Positions 28,252 through 36,779 of a DNA stretch of 64,000 nt are shown in pieces. The DNA is from Candidatus Pacearchaeota archaeon (GTDB lineage: Archaea; Nanobdellota; Nanobdellia; Pacearchaeales; GW2011-AR1), in the NCBI GenBank assembly GCA_018303825.1, contig JAGVXK010000021.1, forward strand, positions 46,694 to 110,693, in the 5' to 3' direction. Made by a program: the position numbers and the translations under genes. The notes beneath the pieces are model-generated. The model did no database searches. It was not told the origin of the DNA and saw nothing but the letters and a program-made list of their open reading frames with translations. Within the stretch, counting starts at the first letter, position 1. The number at the start of each line of letters is the position of its first letter.

Positions 28252-28857
28252 ATGGATAGTTTACTAAAATGGTATGCGGAAAGGAAAAACCAGATAAAAT
28301 CCAGACTAAACGACTTCAAATCCCTAAAAGACAAAGAATATTTTAATGAATTGCTTTTCTGCCTTCTTACTCCTCAAAGCAATGCACAAAGCTGCTGGAA
28401 GGCTGTCCTTGAGTTAAAAAAAGTCAATCTCGAAAAAGCAAAAAAAACTCAGGTGGCAGACATTCTAAAATCAAAAACAAGATTTCATAATAACAAAGCA
28501 GGTTATATCTTAGAAGCAGCAAGGAACTGGAATGATATAAAGGAAAAATTAAATAACAATAATTCTATTGAGTTAAGAAACTGGCTGGCTGAAAATGTAA
28601 AAGGCTTTGGATACAAGGAAGCAGGTCACTTTCTAAGAAATATAGGCAAATCAAATAACAAGATAGCAATCCTTGACCGGCACATACTAAGAAACCTAAA
28701 AGATATGAAAGTAATAGAGGAAGACAAAATAAAGAATAAGAATCATTACTTTAAAGTTGAGAATAATTTCTTAAAATTCTCCAATAAGATTAAGATACCT
28801 ATAGATGAATTGGATTTATTGTTCTGGAGCAAGAAAAACAGAGAAGTATTCAAATAA
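28252..28857 (+). CDS. ogg: 8-oxoguanine DNA glycosylase/AP lyase
   Basis: ELLFCLLT, RFHNNKA, VKGFGYKEAGHFLRN, AILDRHILR, LDLLFW. Confidence 0.9.
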   Translation: MDSLLKWYAERKNQIKSRLNDFKSLKDKEYFNELLFCLLTPQSNAQSCWKAVLELKKVNLEKAKKTQVADILKSKTRFHNNKAGYILEAARNWNDIKEKLNNNNSIELRNWLAENVKGFGYKEAGHFLRNIGKSNNKIAILDRHILRNLKDMKVIEEDKIKNKNHYFKVENNFLKFSNKIKIPIDELDLLFWSKKNREVFK

Positions 28858-28960
28858 AGCATAGATAACAGACAACCTTCGCTAATTATCCGACAACAGC
28901 TCAACTAGTAATATACTAGCTAATAATTATTTTAAGTAGGATTATATTTACCAGTTTGAA

Positions 28961-29671
28961 TCATTCAAACTGATCGGGATTTAACTTGCGTTGAATAACG
29001 AATCTAGTTCCAACATAATCTGAAATAACTGCAGTCATGACATATCTATCGAAAGCAGCTTTAAATGCTCCTGTAAGCAGGGGTATTTTTGTCTTATCTG
29101 ATATATCTTTCATTATTTGCATGATTTCCTCAGTTGAAAGGTTGATTGGAGAAGTTTGAATAATCCCAGATTTGTTTATGATTAATGGCTTTCCAGGACC
29201 AGGACATTCTATACTTTGAACAAATCTGTCTTGTAAAATTGGAAGTATCTTCCCGAAACCAAGATTTGTTAAGGGGGTAATTATAGATTCCTGATAAGAA
29301 TTATTTTTTGATTCCTTAGATATTTTTGCACTTTGCACAAATTCAATTGGGGGCTGCCCTCCAGTCCTTGGCACTGGAATTCCTTTCTGAAAACCTTGCT
29401 TTGGCTGTATCCTCTGCATAGGCCTGAACTGAGCAGGTCTTATTAATTGTTTAATCTGGACTGGAATGGGTTTTATCAACTGCCTTCCAACTTGTGTTCT
29501 TACCAGAGGTTTCTCTTCCTTCAAAAAAGCATAAACCTTTTTTTCAAGCCTCTCTTCCTCAATAATATTTTGATAATTAGCCAAAATAATATTTCTTATT
29601 AATTCTCGAAGAAATAATAATCTTATAGAATAATCTTTTTCTTTATCCTTGCTCTGGACTTGCTTTTTCAT
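28961..29671 (-). CDS. Hypothetical protein with C-terminal region resembling the N-domain of type II/IV secretion ATPases
   Basis: KILPILQDRFVQSIECPGPGKPLII; Pro/Gln-rich linker; no Walker motif. Confidence 0.55.
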   Translation of the reverse strand: MKKQVQSKDKEKDYSIRLLFLRELIRNIILANYQNIIEEERLEKKVYAFLKEEKPLVRTQVGRQLIKPIPVQIKQLIRPAQFRPMQRIQPKQGFQKGIPVPRTGGQPPIEFVQSAKISKESKNNSYQESIITPLTNLGFGKILPILQDRFVQSIECPGPGKPLIINKSGIIQTSPINLSTEEIMQIMKDISDKTKIPLLTGAFKAAFDRYVMTAVISDYVGTRFVIQRKLNPDQFE

Positions 29672-29672
29672 T

Positions 29673-30182
29673 TTAAAACTTGGGCAAAGGTCTTCCTATT
29701 GATGGCTTGAATTCTTCGATTGACTTCTCCTCTCTTATTGGTTTTTCTTCCATTGCCATAGGCATTGATGAAGTTGATTGCTGTCCATAAACCCTCTCCC
29801 TTATTCTTTCTTCAACTAAAGTCAATCCCTTTGCAATAGTCTTGTTCTGCTCTAATAACTTATCTACTTTTTCCAAAAATTCCCTGTCTTTATCACTTGC
29901 CTGTATAGAAGGACTGGTTGCGAAGCTCCTTGCTGCATTTTCAAACAAGCCAAGCAAGGCAGAAATTTGATTTGTCAGCTTGTCAAACTTCTCAGCAAGA
30001 TTAACATTTACTTTCTGAAGTTCAATCAAATTTTCAACAATTTTATCTTCTAATTTTTTAGGCTTCGGATTATTAAAATTGCTTCTAAAAGGTCTTATCT
30101 TCCTATTGAGATAATGATGGCTAGTCTTAGGAGCCTCTTTACGAACCTCTTTAATAATTGTCTTAGTGACCTCTTTTGTCAT
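29673..30182 (-). CDS. Coiled-coil hypothetical protein
   Basis: Heptad-rich central region (IVENLIELQKVNVNLAEKFDKL). Confidence 0.7.
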   Translation of the reverse strand: MTKEVTKTIIKEVRKEAPKTSHHYLNRKIRPFRSNFNNPKPKKLEDKIVENLIELQKVNVNLAEKFDKLTNQISALLGLFENAARSFATSPSIQASDKDREFLEKVDKLLEQNKTIAKGLTLVEERIRERVYGQQSTSSMPMAMEEKPIREEKSIEEFKPSIGRPLPKF

Positions 30183-30288
30183 GTTTTAGTTAAGGAGAAA
30201 TTGTTTATAAACCTTATTACTTTAAAATGATTAAATAAAAGAAAGCGCGTAGTAAAGCTTAAAATAGGCTTTATTTTAAAGGTTGTAG

Positions 30289-30372
30289 GGGTCCATATTT
30301 AAATGGCATAATTTTCGGCTCCAGAATTTTTGGAGCAACCGAAAGTCGAGGGTTCGATTCCCTCTGGGCCCA
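30289..30372 (+). tRNA. tRNA-Trp(CCA) with 13-nt intron (30325..30337)
   Basis: GGGTCCA/TGGGCCC acceptor, TTCGG/CCGAA anticodon stem, CT-CCA-G|A, GAGGG-TTCGATT-CCCTC; CTCC/GGAG splice helix. Confidence 0.88.
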
Positions 30373-30377
30373 TTTAC

Positions 30378-33347
30378 TTATATAATATTTTCTTCCCTTA
30401 TTATCTTCTCAAGAGTAGGGTTAATGACAAACTCGGCGGCATAAACTCCTTTCTTGTTAGAATCATAATAAAGGTTTATTATTCCTCTGACACCAGCCCG
30501 CTTCCCAATTTGAGAAACATATTGATTTATTGTCTCCATCCCAGGATGCAAAGCTACCATTGTACTCGAATACCCTATCCCAGTCTGGTGTCTATCTCCG
30601 CAAACAACAATATCAGCATCATTATTCATCCTTCTCATATGGTCCAAAACACCATAAATCTCATCATGTTGTTCTGGGAATTTGTGCATTCCAAACAACA
30701 ATAAATTGTCGGCAATAGTAGATTTTACCCCGACATCATTTCCCAATCCAGAGAATATTTCAACCTGCCCGGAATCAAAATACTTTTCATCAATCATATT
30801 CCCGAGAGATATTGCTTCATCCGCAACCCTTAGTGATTTGTTGGTATGATTTCCACTGATGAAAATTGTTCTCCCGCCATTTTGAAGTATTTTATCCATG
30901 TATGGTTTAACAAGAAGTTTAAACAATCTTTCCTGCAGAGAGAAATTATGGATTGTTATTGCTCTATGATTCCTCATGGCCTGTGCAACTATCCTTTTAG
31001 CCTTTTCCTCCCCTTCAATAGTAGAATCAGTCAGAACAGGGCTAACATATTTCCTAAGAAATTCTTCGGGCATAAGCCCAAGATATCTTGTTCCAGATTT
31101 GAAAGTTCTTTCTTCAACGCCATGTAAAGCTTCATCCAAACTTATTATATCTGGCAGGCCATGTCTAACTTGATAAATTTGAGCGGCTTTTATCATTTGA
31201 TCTTTGGAATACCTATCTGGATTGTCAGGAGCACCTAAATGATAATCTCCTGCAACTTCAATCTTTTTAAAATTGACCCTAACTCTTTCCTTTTCTTCCT
31301 TTATAAGCATAAACATTTCTTGCCTTCTTTTCTTCCCAAGCCCTCTATCCTTTAACTGTTCTCTATAGACAGCGATAGCTTCTGCAGATTTCCCTGCTTC
31401 TATAAGAAAAGAGGTATCAAATACATAAAACCTGTTAACTTCTTCCTTATCCTCTGTATGAACTATGGCTGCAGATGAATATGGCCCGCTCAAATATCTC
31501 TTTGTATGCCAATTCTTGAATCCCTTTTCCACAAGCCACTCTAGCTGTAAAACCGATTGAAGAGTTGGAAGATTTATCAGATATCCAACTTCCTGATTCT
31601 CTACAAATTTTCCATCAATCAAATGCTCAGAGCCCTTAAACCAAGGCATAACTCTAAATCCTCCGCTAGAATGTCCTCCAAGTAAAATTATATCTGGTTG
31701 AATTCTGTCCATTTCTTTTGCAAAGAACTTTCTCAAAACCATATTTTCATAATTAGAAATAAGTTTTGCATCTTTTATGCTCCTTGGGCCAACAGCATCT
31801 GAAAATATATTTCTTATATTATGAATAAGCAGCATAGTTTTATTCCCATATTTCCTGACATCAAATTTAATCTCTGCCTTGTCAATCGGCTCACCAAGTA
31901 TCTTAATTCCTGTTGAAACAACCCTCTTCGAGGGAGAAATATGCACAACGGGATGCCTGCTTAATGTCCATCTAAAAAAGTGCGAAGAATATTTATCTTT
32001 TGCAACTTTAAATCCTTGTTCAAGTTCATCTGCAAAAACAGGATATTGGCTTGTGAAGAATGTTACTCCTGCCCTGGCGCTATGAAGCAACTGCTTTGTC
32101 CAAGTTAATTGGGTTCCAAAATCAACAAATCTAGATTCAACAGCAACTTCTTCTTTATCTTTTACAGCTAATTGCTCATTAATTTTTGCAATTCTTTCCC
32201 TTATTTTACCAACATCTTTCTTTCTTGAAAGATATTTTATTGCATTATCGAACCCTTCCAAATCTTCTATCTCTAAAGCAGTTTTTTCACTAACAAGAAA
32301 TTTTTCTAGATCTTTTTTTCTGCTTTTTGGAGCATCCCACGATTCAGAGATATTCTCTCTTAATCTATCAAATTCCTCTCTCTGTGAATTAACAAAAATC
32401 TTATATCTGCCAGTAAATTCTTTTTTCTCCTCACCAACTTTCTTAAATAAACTTTTGCCACTAACAGCTCTTTCCAAAATATACTTTTCAACTCTCAGGG
32501 AAAGCTGGTCCCGGGAAATATCCAACATAGTTTCAGCTTCTTCATTCATCATCTGCTCTATTGTTTCTTTTTTCCTTCCAGCCATTTCTTGTATTTGCGC
32601 AACTTCGAGATGCTCTACATTCTTTCTATCTTCCTCCCCATATTGAATTCTTAACAAAGTATCTTCTGGAAGGGAGCTCATTAATGTTTTTATCTGGTCT
32701 TCGGCAGCAAGAAATGCATCTGTTAAATCTGTTATTTTCTTTCTTTGGGGGTCATTTACATGTTTTTCATAAAACTCCAGTTGATACTGGTCTTCTATAC
32801 TATCTTCAAGCATCTGCTCAGATAATGTCTTTGGTCTTCCATGTCTGTCTACCTTTCCCAAAAACTTTAAATCATGGGCATAACCCTTAGAATAATGCGG
32901 CGGAATATGCGGGATAACTCCTCCCTGAATTATGACTTCTTTTATATTTGGGGCCAACCCATTGGCTTCAAGAGCAAGCGCAAGCCCCTTCATGGTGTAT
33001 CTGTCATCGAAAGCCTTGGTTCCAAATGCTGGCTCAGCAAGATATAAGGCACAATGCTTCATCTCATCGCCATTTGTCTGGTAGCCCTTTTTCAAAATAG
33101 TCATTTCCAAGGTTTCTGGAGAAATTGCGTGTTTTGTTATTGTCTCTTTCTCAACTTTTTGGGCAACAGAATAAATTTCAATACCTTCCTTTCTTAAAGA
33201 ATTCAAAAGTTTTTTAGTCTCGCCTTCAGAAATTCGCAACTTGCCAGAAATCTCGGCAGTAGTAGGCCACTCACTTTCCTTTGCAGATCTTTCTCTTAAA
33301 AAATCAAACAACCTAATCTCACTATCGGACAAAAATACTAAATTCAT
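30378..33347 (-). CDS. Large protein: N-terminal HTH, degenerate metallophosphoesterase domain with coiled-coil insert, then a second calcineurin-like metallophosphoesterase domain
   Basis: PTTAEISGKLRISEGETKKLLNSLRKEG (HTH); GDYHLG, ISGNH, GMHK, CGDRH motifs; AAGGAGG RBS before MNLVF. Confidence 0.75.
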   Translation of the reverse strand: MNLVFLSDSEIRLFDFLRERSAKESEWPTTAEISGKLRISEGETKKLLNSLRKEGIEIYSVAQKVEKETITKHAISPETLEMTILKKGYQTNGDEMKHCALYLAEPAFGTKAFDDRYTMKGLALALEANGLAPNIKEVIIQGGVIPHIPPHYSKGYAHDLKFLGKVDRHGRPKTLSEQMLEDSIEDQYQLEFYEKHVNDPQRKKITDLTDAFLAAEDQIKTLMSSLPEDTLLRIQYGEEDRKNVEHLEVAQIQEMAGRKKETIEQMMNEEAETMLDISRDQLSLRVEKYILERAVSGKSLFKKVGEEKKEFTGRYKIFVNSQREEFDRLRENISESWDAPKSRKKDLEKFLVSEKTALEIEDLEGFDNAIKYLSRKKDVGKIRERIAKINEQLAVKDKEEVAVESRFVDFGTQLTWTKQLLHSARAGVTFFTSQYPVFADELEQGFKVAKDKYSSHFFRWTLSRHPVVHISPSKRVVSTGIKILGEPIDKAEIKFDVRKYGNKTMLLIHNIRNIFSDAVGPRSIKDAKLISNYENMVLRKFFAKEMDRIQPDIILLGGHSSGGFRVMPWFKGSEHLIDGKFVENQEVGYLINLPTLQSVLQLEWLVEKGFKNWHTKRYLSGPYSSAAIVHTEDKEEVNRFYVFDTSFLIEAGKSAEAIAVYREQLKDRGLGKKRRQEMFMLIKEEKERVRVNFKKIEVAGDYHLGAPDNPDRYSKDQMIKAAQIYQVRHGLPDIISLDEALHGVEERTFKSGTRYLGLMPEEFLRKYVSPVLTDSTIEGEEKAKRIVAQAMRNHRAITIHNFSLQERLFKLLVKPYMDKILQNGGRTIFISGNHTNKSLRVADEAISLGNMIDEKYFDSGQVEIFSGLGNDVGVKSTIADNLLLFGMHKFPEQHDEIYGVLDHMRRMNNDADIVVCGDRHQTGIGYSSTMVALHPGMETINQYVSQIGKRAGVRGIINLYYDSNKKGVYAAEFVINPTLEKIIREENII

Positions 33348-33808
33348 ACCTCCTTTACTCATAAAGCTCTTAAAAATAATCTATTTATAAATTTGATTGT
33401 GATGGAAAATAACCTATATCTTGAGTGTAAAAAATGATAATCTGCTGACAAAAAATTAATTTTGGCGCATTTTTTTATAACTGATAATGATTTATTCAGA
33501 AGATTTGTTATTATTATGGATAATTCTGTTGATTAGCGCAATTATTTTTAAGAATTGTCCATCAGAGAATTCTGAACAAAATATATTCTAATTATCAGAA
33601 TTCCCTATAATTGTATTTGAATTATCATAAAGATTGATGCCTGATTTGAGATAACCACAATTTTTAAAAAGCCTCTTTTGCTAGGAAAAGTATGAAATTC
33701 AGCGATGCTATATTCAGATCAAAGAAAAAAGTTTACAAGCGCGGAATAAGAAGAACCAACAAAAAAGCAAGGTTCGGAAAAATCCTTCAAGAAAATAAAG
33801 AATTATAA

Positions 33809-34483
33809 TTATAATTTCTTTAATTCGTTTATCTCGTCATAACTTATCGAAGAGCCCTTGTATTTTGCAGCATAAATCAATGCCTCCAGGACTTTTTTTC
33901 CTTCCAAATTAACAATCCCTTTTTTATATGCAACATAAACTAACTCAGCAGACCTGATAAATCTATGGTCTTTAAATTCTTTTAAATTCTGTATATCAAG
34001 CCTGACTGGATGATGCACCTTTTCAGACATTAATTTTTCAAGATTCTCAGGATCTTCCCCGATAATTCTTGTAGTCCTCTCATCAATAGCAATCATATTC
34101 TCAATTTTTCTCTTATTTAATTCAGTTGATAGGGCAAGGCAGGACATTTCAGCATCACTGACAATATTTATTGCCTTGCTCTTGAATCTAAGGGCATGAT
34201 TTGCCGCCTGCATTAATCTGTAAGTCTCTTCATTTATTCTGGCTTTGTCAACTCCCAAAATTTCAGGCATTTCCAATATTCCCCTGTTCAATAAGTCAAG
34301 AACACGCAAAGCGCCAAGCTCAAATCTTTCTATGTTTATAGGTCTGTCAATGACTTCTCTTTTCACAGCTTCAGTTATAATGAAATGCCCGTCAAAACTC
34401 TTTTTCAATTCTTCCAAAACATAAAGCAGCCCATTCATGCTTAAGTTTATCAACGGCCCAGAATCAAAAATAAGGACTTTCAT
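33809..34483 (-). CDS. PIN-domain protein
   Basis: LIFDSGPLI, AVKREV, AEMSCLAL, IAIDERTTR. Confidence 0.75.
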   Translation of the reverse strand: MKVLIFDSGPLINLSMNGLLYVLEELKKSFDGHFIITEAVKREVIDRPINIERFELGALRVLDLLNRGILEMPEILGVDKARINEETYRLMQAANHALRFKSKAINIVSDAEMSCLALSTELNKRKIENMIAIDERTTRIIGEDPENLEKLMSEKVHHPVRLDIQNLKEFKDHRFIRSAELVYVAYKKGIVNLEGKKVLEALIYAAKYKGSSISYDEINELKKL

Positions 34484-34704
34484 TTTTCGTGTCTCCTAAT
34501 TAATCTAATTAATTTATTAAGATAAACTATAAATGGAGATCTCCAATCTTTCTTCAATTGTGTTTTAATAAGCTTAACAACCTCTTTATCCTTACTGTCT
34601 AGTTTACTATCTTCAACCTCTTTTATTTTTGATAGTATAATCAAATCCTTTCTATCGTTTAGCACATAATTCTTTTTTTCATATAGGGTTAATTGTAACT
34701 TCAT
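34480..34704 (-). CDS. Small hypothetical protein
   Basis: Overlaps both neighbours by 4 nt. Confidence 0.55.
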   Translation of the reverse strand: MKLQLTLYEKKNYVLNDRKDLIILSKIKEVEDSKLDSKDKEVVKLIKTQLKKDWRSPFIVYLNKLIRLIRRHEK

Positions 34705-35261
34705 CCGAAGAACTCCAGAGCCATCTTTGCCCGAGATTTTTCATTTATCGTCTGCATGTACCTTGTCTCTACAGATTTTGACTGCCCAGCATATTCAGCG
34801 AGCTCCCAACTGGTCAGGCCGAGAATCTGGGCAGTTTGTCCGAGAGAAATTCCGTGCTCATAAATTCTGGAAGCCTTGTTAATGCTTGCCTTTCTCAAAA
34901 CGTCCTGTATATATTGTTTCATATCGACAGAGCTTTCTTCAAGCGCCTCCCTTGCCTTTTTCAAAAATGAATTGAACTTTTCCTCATCACCTTCCATGGC
35001 TGCCCTGATAGCAGAAGTAAAATCAAAATTTATCTTCTCAACAAGCTTGTCCCAGTTTTTTATTTTTACATAATCCTTTCTCTCAACAAGTTTTGATAAC
35101 GCATAAACAAGAGTAGCTGTTATCAAACTGCCGGCATCCTGATGCAAAGATGCTGAATGAACTGTTTGATTAGAAACCTGTTTTAAAAGAAAAGAATCTT
35201 TTTCAAGCAATGCCTGTTTGGCTCCCTCTAAAACAGATATTTTATGTTCAACCTCTTCCAT
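34701..35261 (-). CDS. Hypothetical protein with C-terminal UPF0175-like HTH (antitoxin-like)
   Basis: YEHGISLGQTAQILGLTSWEL. Confidence 0.6.
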   Translation of the reverse strand: MEEVEHKISVLEGAKQALLEKDSFLLKQVSNQTVHSASLHQDAGSLITATLVYALSKLVERKDYVKIKNWDKLVEKINFDFTSAIRAAMEGDEEKFNSFLKKAREALEESSVDMKQYIQDVLRKASINKASRIYEHGISLGQTAQILGLTSWELAEYAGQSKSVETRYMQTINEKSRAKMALEFFG

Positions 35262-35348
35262 TTCCCTATAAAATAAACCTAATATTTAAATCTGATGATA
35301 TATAAATCAATAGAAAAGAATTAAAAACTTATAATTCCCAAGTTAAAT

Positions 35349-35906
35349 ATGAACAAAGAAGATATGTGGAAGCCATTTATAACAAATGTAGGATTAATAA
35401 CCTGCAGAGATGAAAAGAAAGATAATGTAATGGCCGCTGCTTGGACATATCACATTTCGTACGAGCCAAATCTTATAGCCGTTCTTATCGACGAGGAGGC
35501 AACTACTGTTAAAATGATAGAAAAAAGCAGAGAGTTTGGCGTTCATATTGCATCCATAAAGCAAAATATTCTTTCCAGTATCTCGGGAGGAAACCATGGA
35601 GAGAATGTAGACAAAATAGCAGTATTAAAAGAGTTAGGTTATGAATTCTATGAAGCAGAAAAAATTAAGGCATTGATGATAAAGGGCTGTGCTCTGGCTG
35701 TTGAATGCAGATTAAAAGATATAATAACATTCGGAGGAGACCACAAACTATTCATAGGAGAGATATTGAAAGTTCGCGAAGATGAAGCTGAACCCTTGAT
35801 ATACTGTGAAAGTAAATATTTCAAGTTCGGAGAAAAAATAGAAAAACCGAATGAAAAAGAGATGAAAAAGATAAAAGGTATAATTGAGAAACACAAGAAG
35901 AAATAA
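35349..35906 (+). CDS. Flavin reductase-like FMN-binding protein
   Basis: NVMAAAW, SREFGVHI, ECRL, GDHKLFIGEI. Confidence 0.85.
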   Translation: MNKEDMWKPFITNVGLITCRDEKKDNVMAAAWTYHISYEPNLIAVLIDEEATTVKMIEKSREFGVHIASIKQNILSSISGGNHGENVDKIAVLKELGYEFYEAEKIKALMIKGCALAVECRLKDIITFGGDHKLFIGEILKVREDEAEPLIYCESKYFKFGEKIEKPNEKEMKKIKGIIEKHKKK

Positions 35907-35947
35907 GTTTCAAAAGCCTTATAAATCTAGATAAATTAAATAAGTAT

Positions 35948-36313
35948 ATGAAAGTCTTGTTAGACAGCAATTTTGTCATTTCATGTGTAAAAAGGAAGAT
36001 AGATTTTGTTTTCGAACTTCAAAATCTTGGTTTCAAAGTAATAATACCAAGAGAAGTCATTCAAGAGCTGAAAGATTTAAGATTAAAGTCAAAACATGAT
36101 GATAGAATAGCCATAAATTCTGCGATAGACATGTTTAATTCTATAAAAATAAAAAAAATCAAGCTCGGAGAAGGAAAGATAGACAATAAATTGATTGACT
36201 ATGGAAAAAAAGGAGCATATATTGCCTCATTGGATAATTACATTAGAAGAAATATTACAAATAGGGTAGTCATTAACAGCGCAAATAATAAATTGATGAT
36301 AGAGAGAGGATAA
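35948..36313 (+). CDS. PIN-domain protein (Fcf1/Utp24-like)
   Basis: VLLDSNF, VIQEL, IDNKL, IASLD. Confidence 0.8.
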   Translation: MKVLLDSNFVISCVKRKIDFVFELQNLGFKVIIPREVIQELKDLRLKSKHDDRIAINSAIDMFNSIKIKKIKLGEGKIDNKLIDYGKKGAYIASLDNYIRRNITNRVVINSANNKLMIERG

Positions 36314-36717
36314 TGATATCAAACTACCTTAATAGAAACAAGCATTATTTTTATTTTACATTTAGAATATTAGTTGGTTTTTTATTTTTCGTCCACGGAG
36401 CTCAAAAATTGTTTGGTTGGTTTGCGAGTAAAGGAACATACGCAATCACGACCCAATTAGGTTTGGCAGGAATAATAGAAATATTTGTTGGAATATTGAT
36501 AATTATTGGTTTGTTTACAAGGTATGCTGCTATTTTGGGAGCATTGCTGATGATAGCTGCTTATTATCTGGTTCCTATGAAAAGGGGATTATGGCCTTGG
36601 CAGAATGGGGGAGAACTTGCTATTATTTACTTTTTAATTTTTCTCGTTTTCATAGCTTTGGGAGCAGGAAAATTGGCTCTGGATAATTATATTTTCGAAA
36701 AAACCAAGGAAAAGTAG
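36313..36717 (+). CDS. DoxX-family membrane protein
   Basis: RILVGFLFFVHGAQKLFG, GLFTR, NGGELA, GAGKLALD. Confidence 0.9.
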   Translation: MISNYLNRNKHYFYFTFRILVGFLFFVHGAQKLFGWFASKGTYAITTQLGLAGIIEIFVGILIIIGLFTRYAAILGALLMIAAYYLVPMKRGLWPWQNGGELAIIYFLIFLVFIALGAGKLALDNYIFEKTKEK

Positions 36718-36779
36718 TTTATTTTTACCATTTTCCAGGTTATAATCATTTTTTTAAACTCAATTCTTTACAATTACAG

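Noticed and set aside
30330-30704. ORF starting inside tRNA-Trp
   Set aside because: Overlaps the tRNA and is antisense to the large phosphoesterase gene; most other short overlapping track ORFs were dismissed as shadows for the same reason
33400-33660. Recurrent GATAA/TTATC words in an AT-rich gap
   Set aside because: Irregular spacing and compatible with base composition
33692-33808. 38-aa basic ORF (MKFSDAIFRSKKKVYKRGIRRTNKKARFGKILQENKEL)
   Set aside because: Too short to support without homology or expression data
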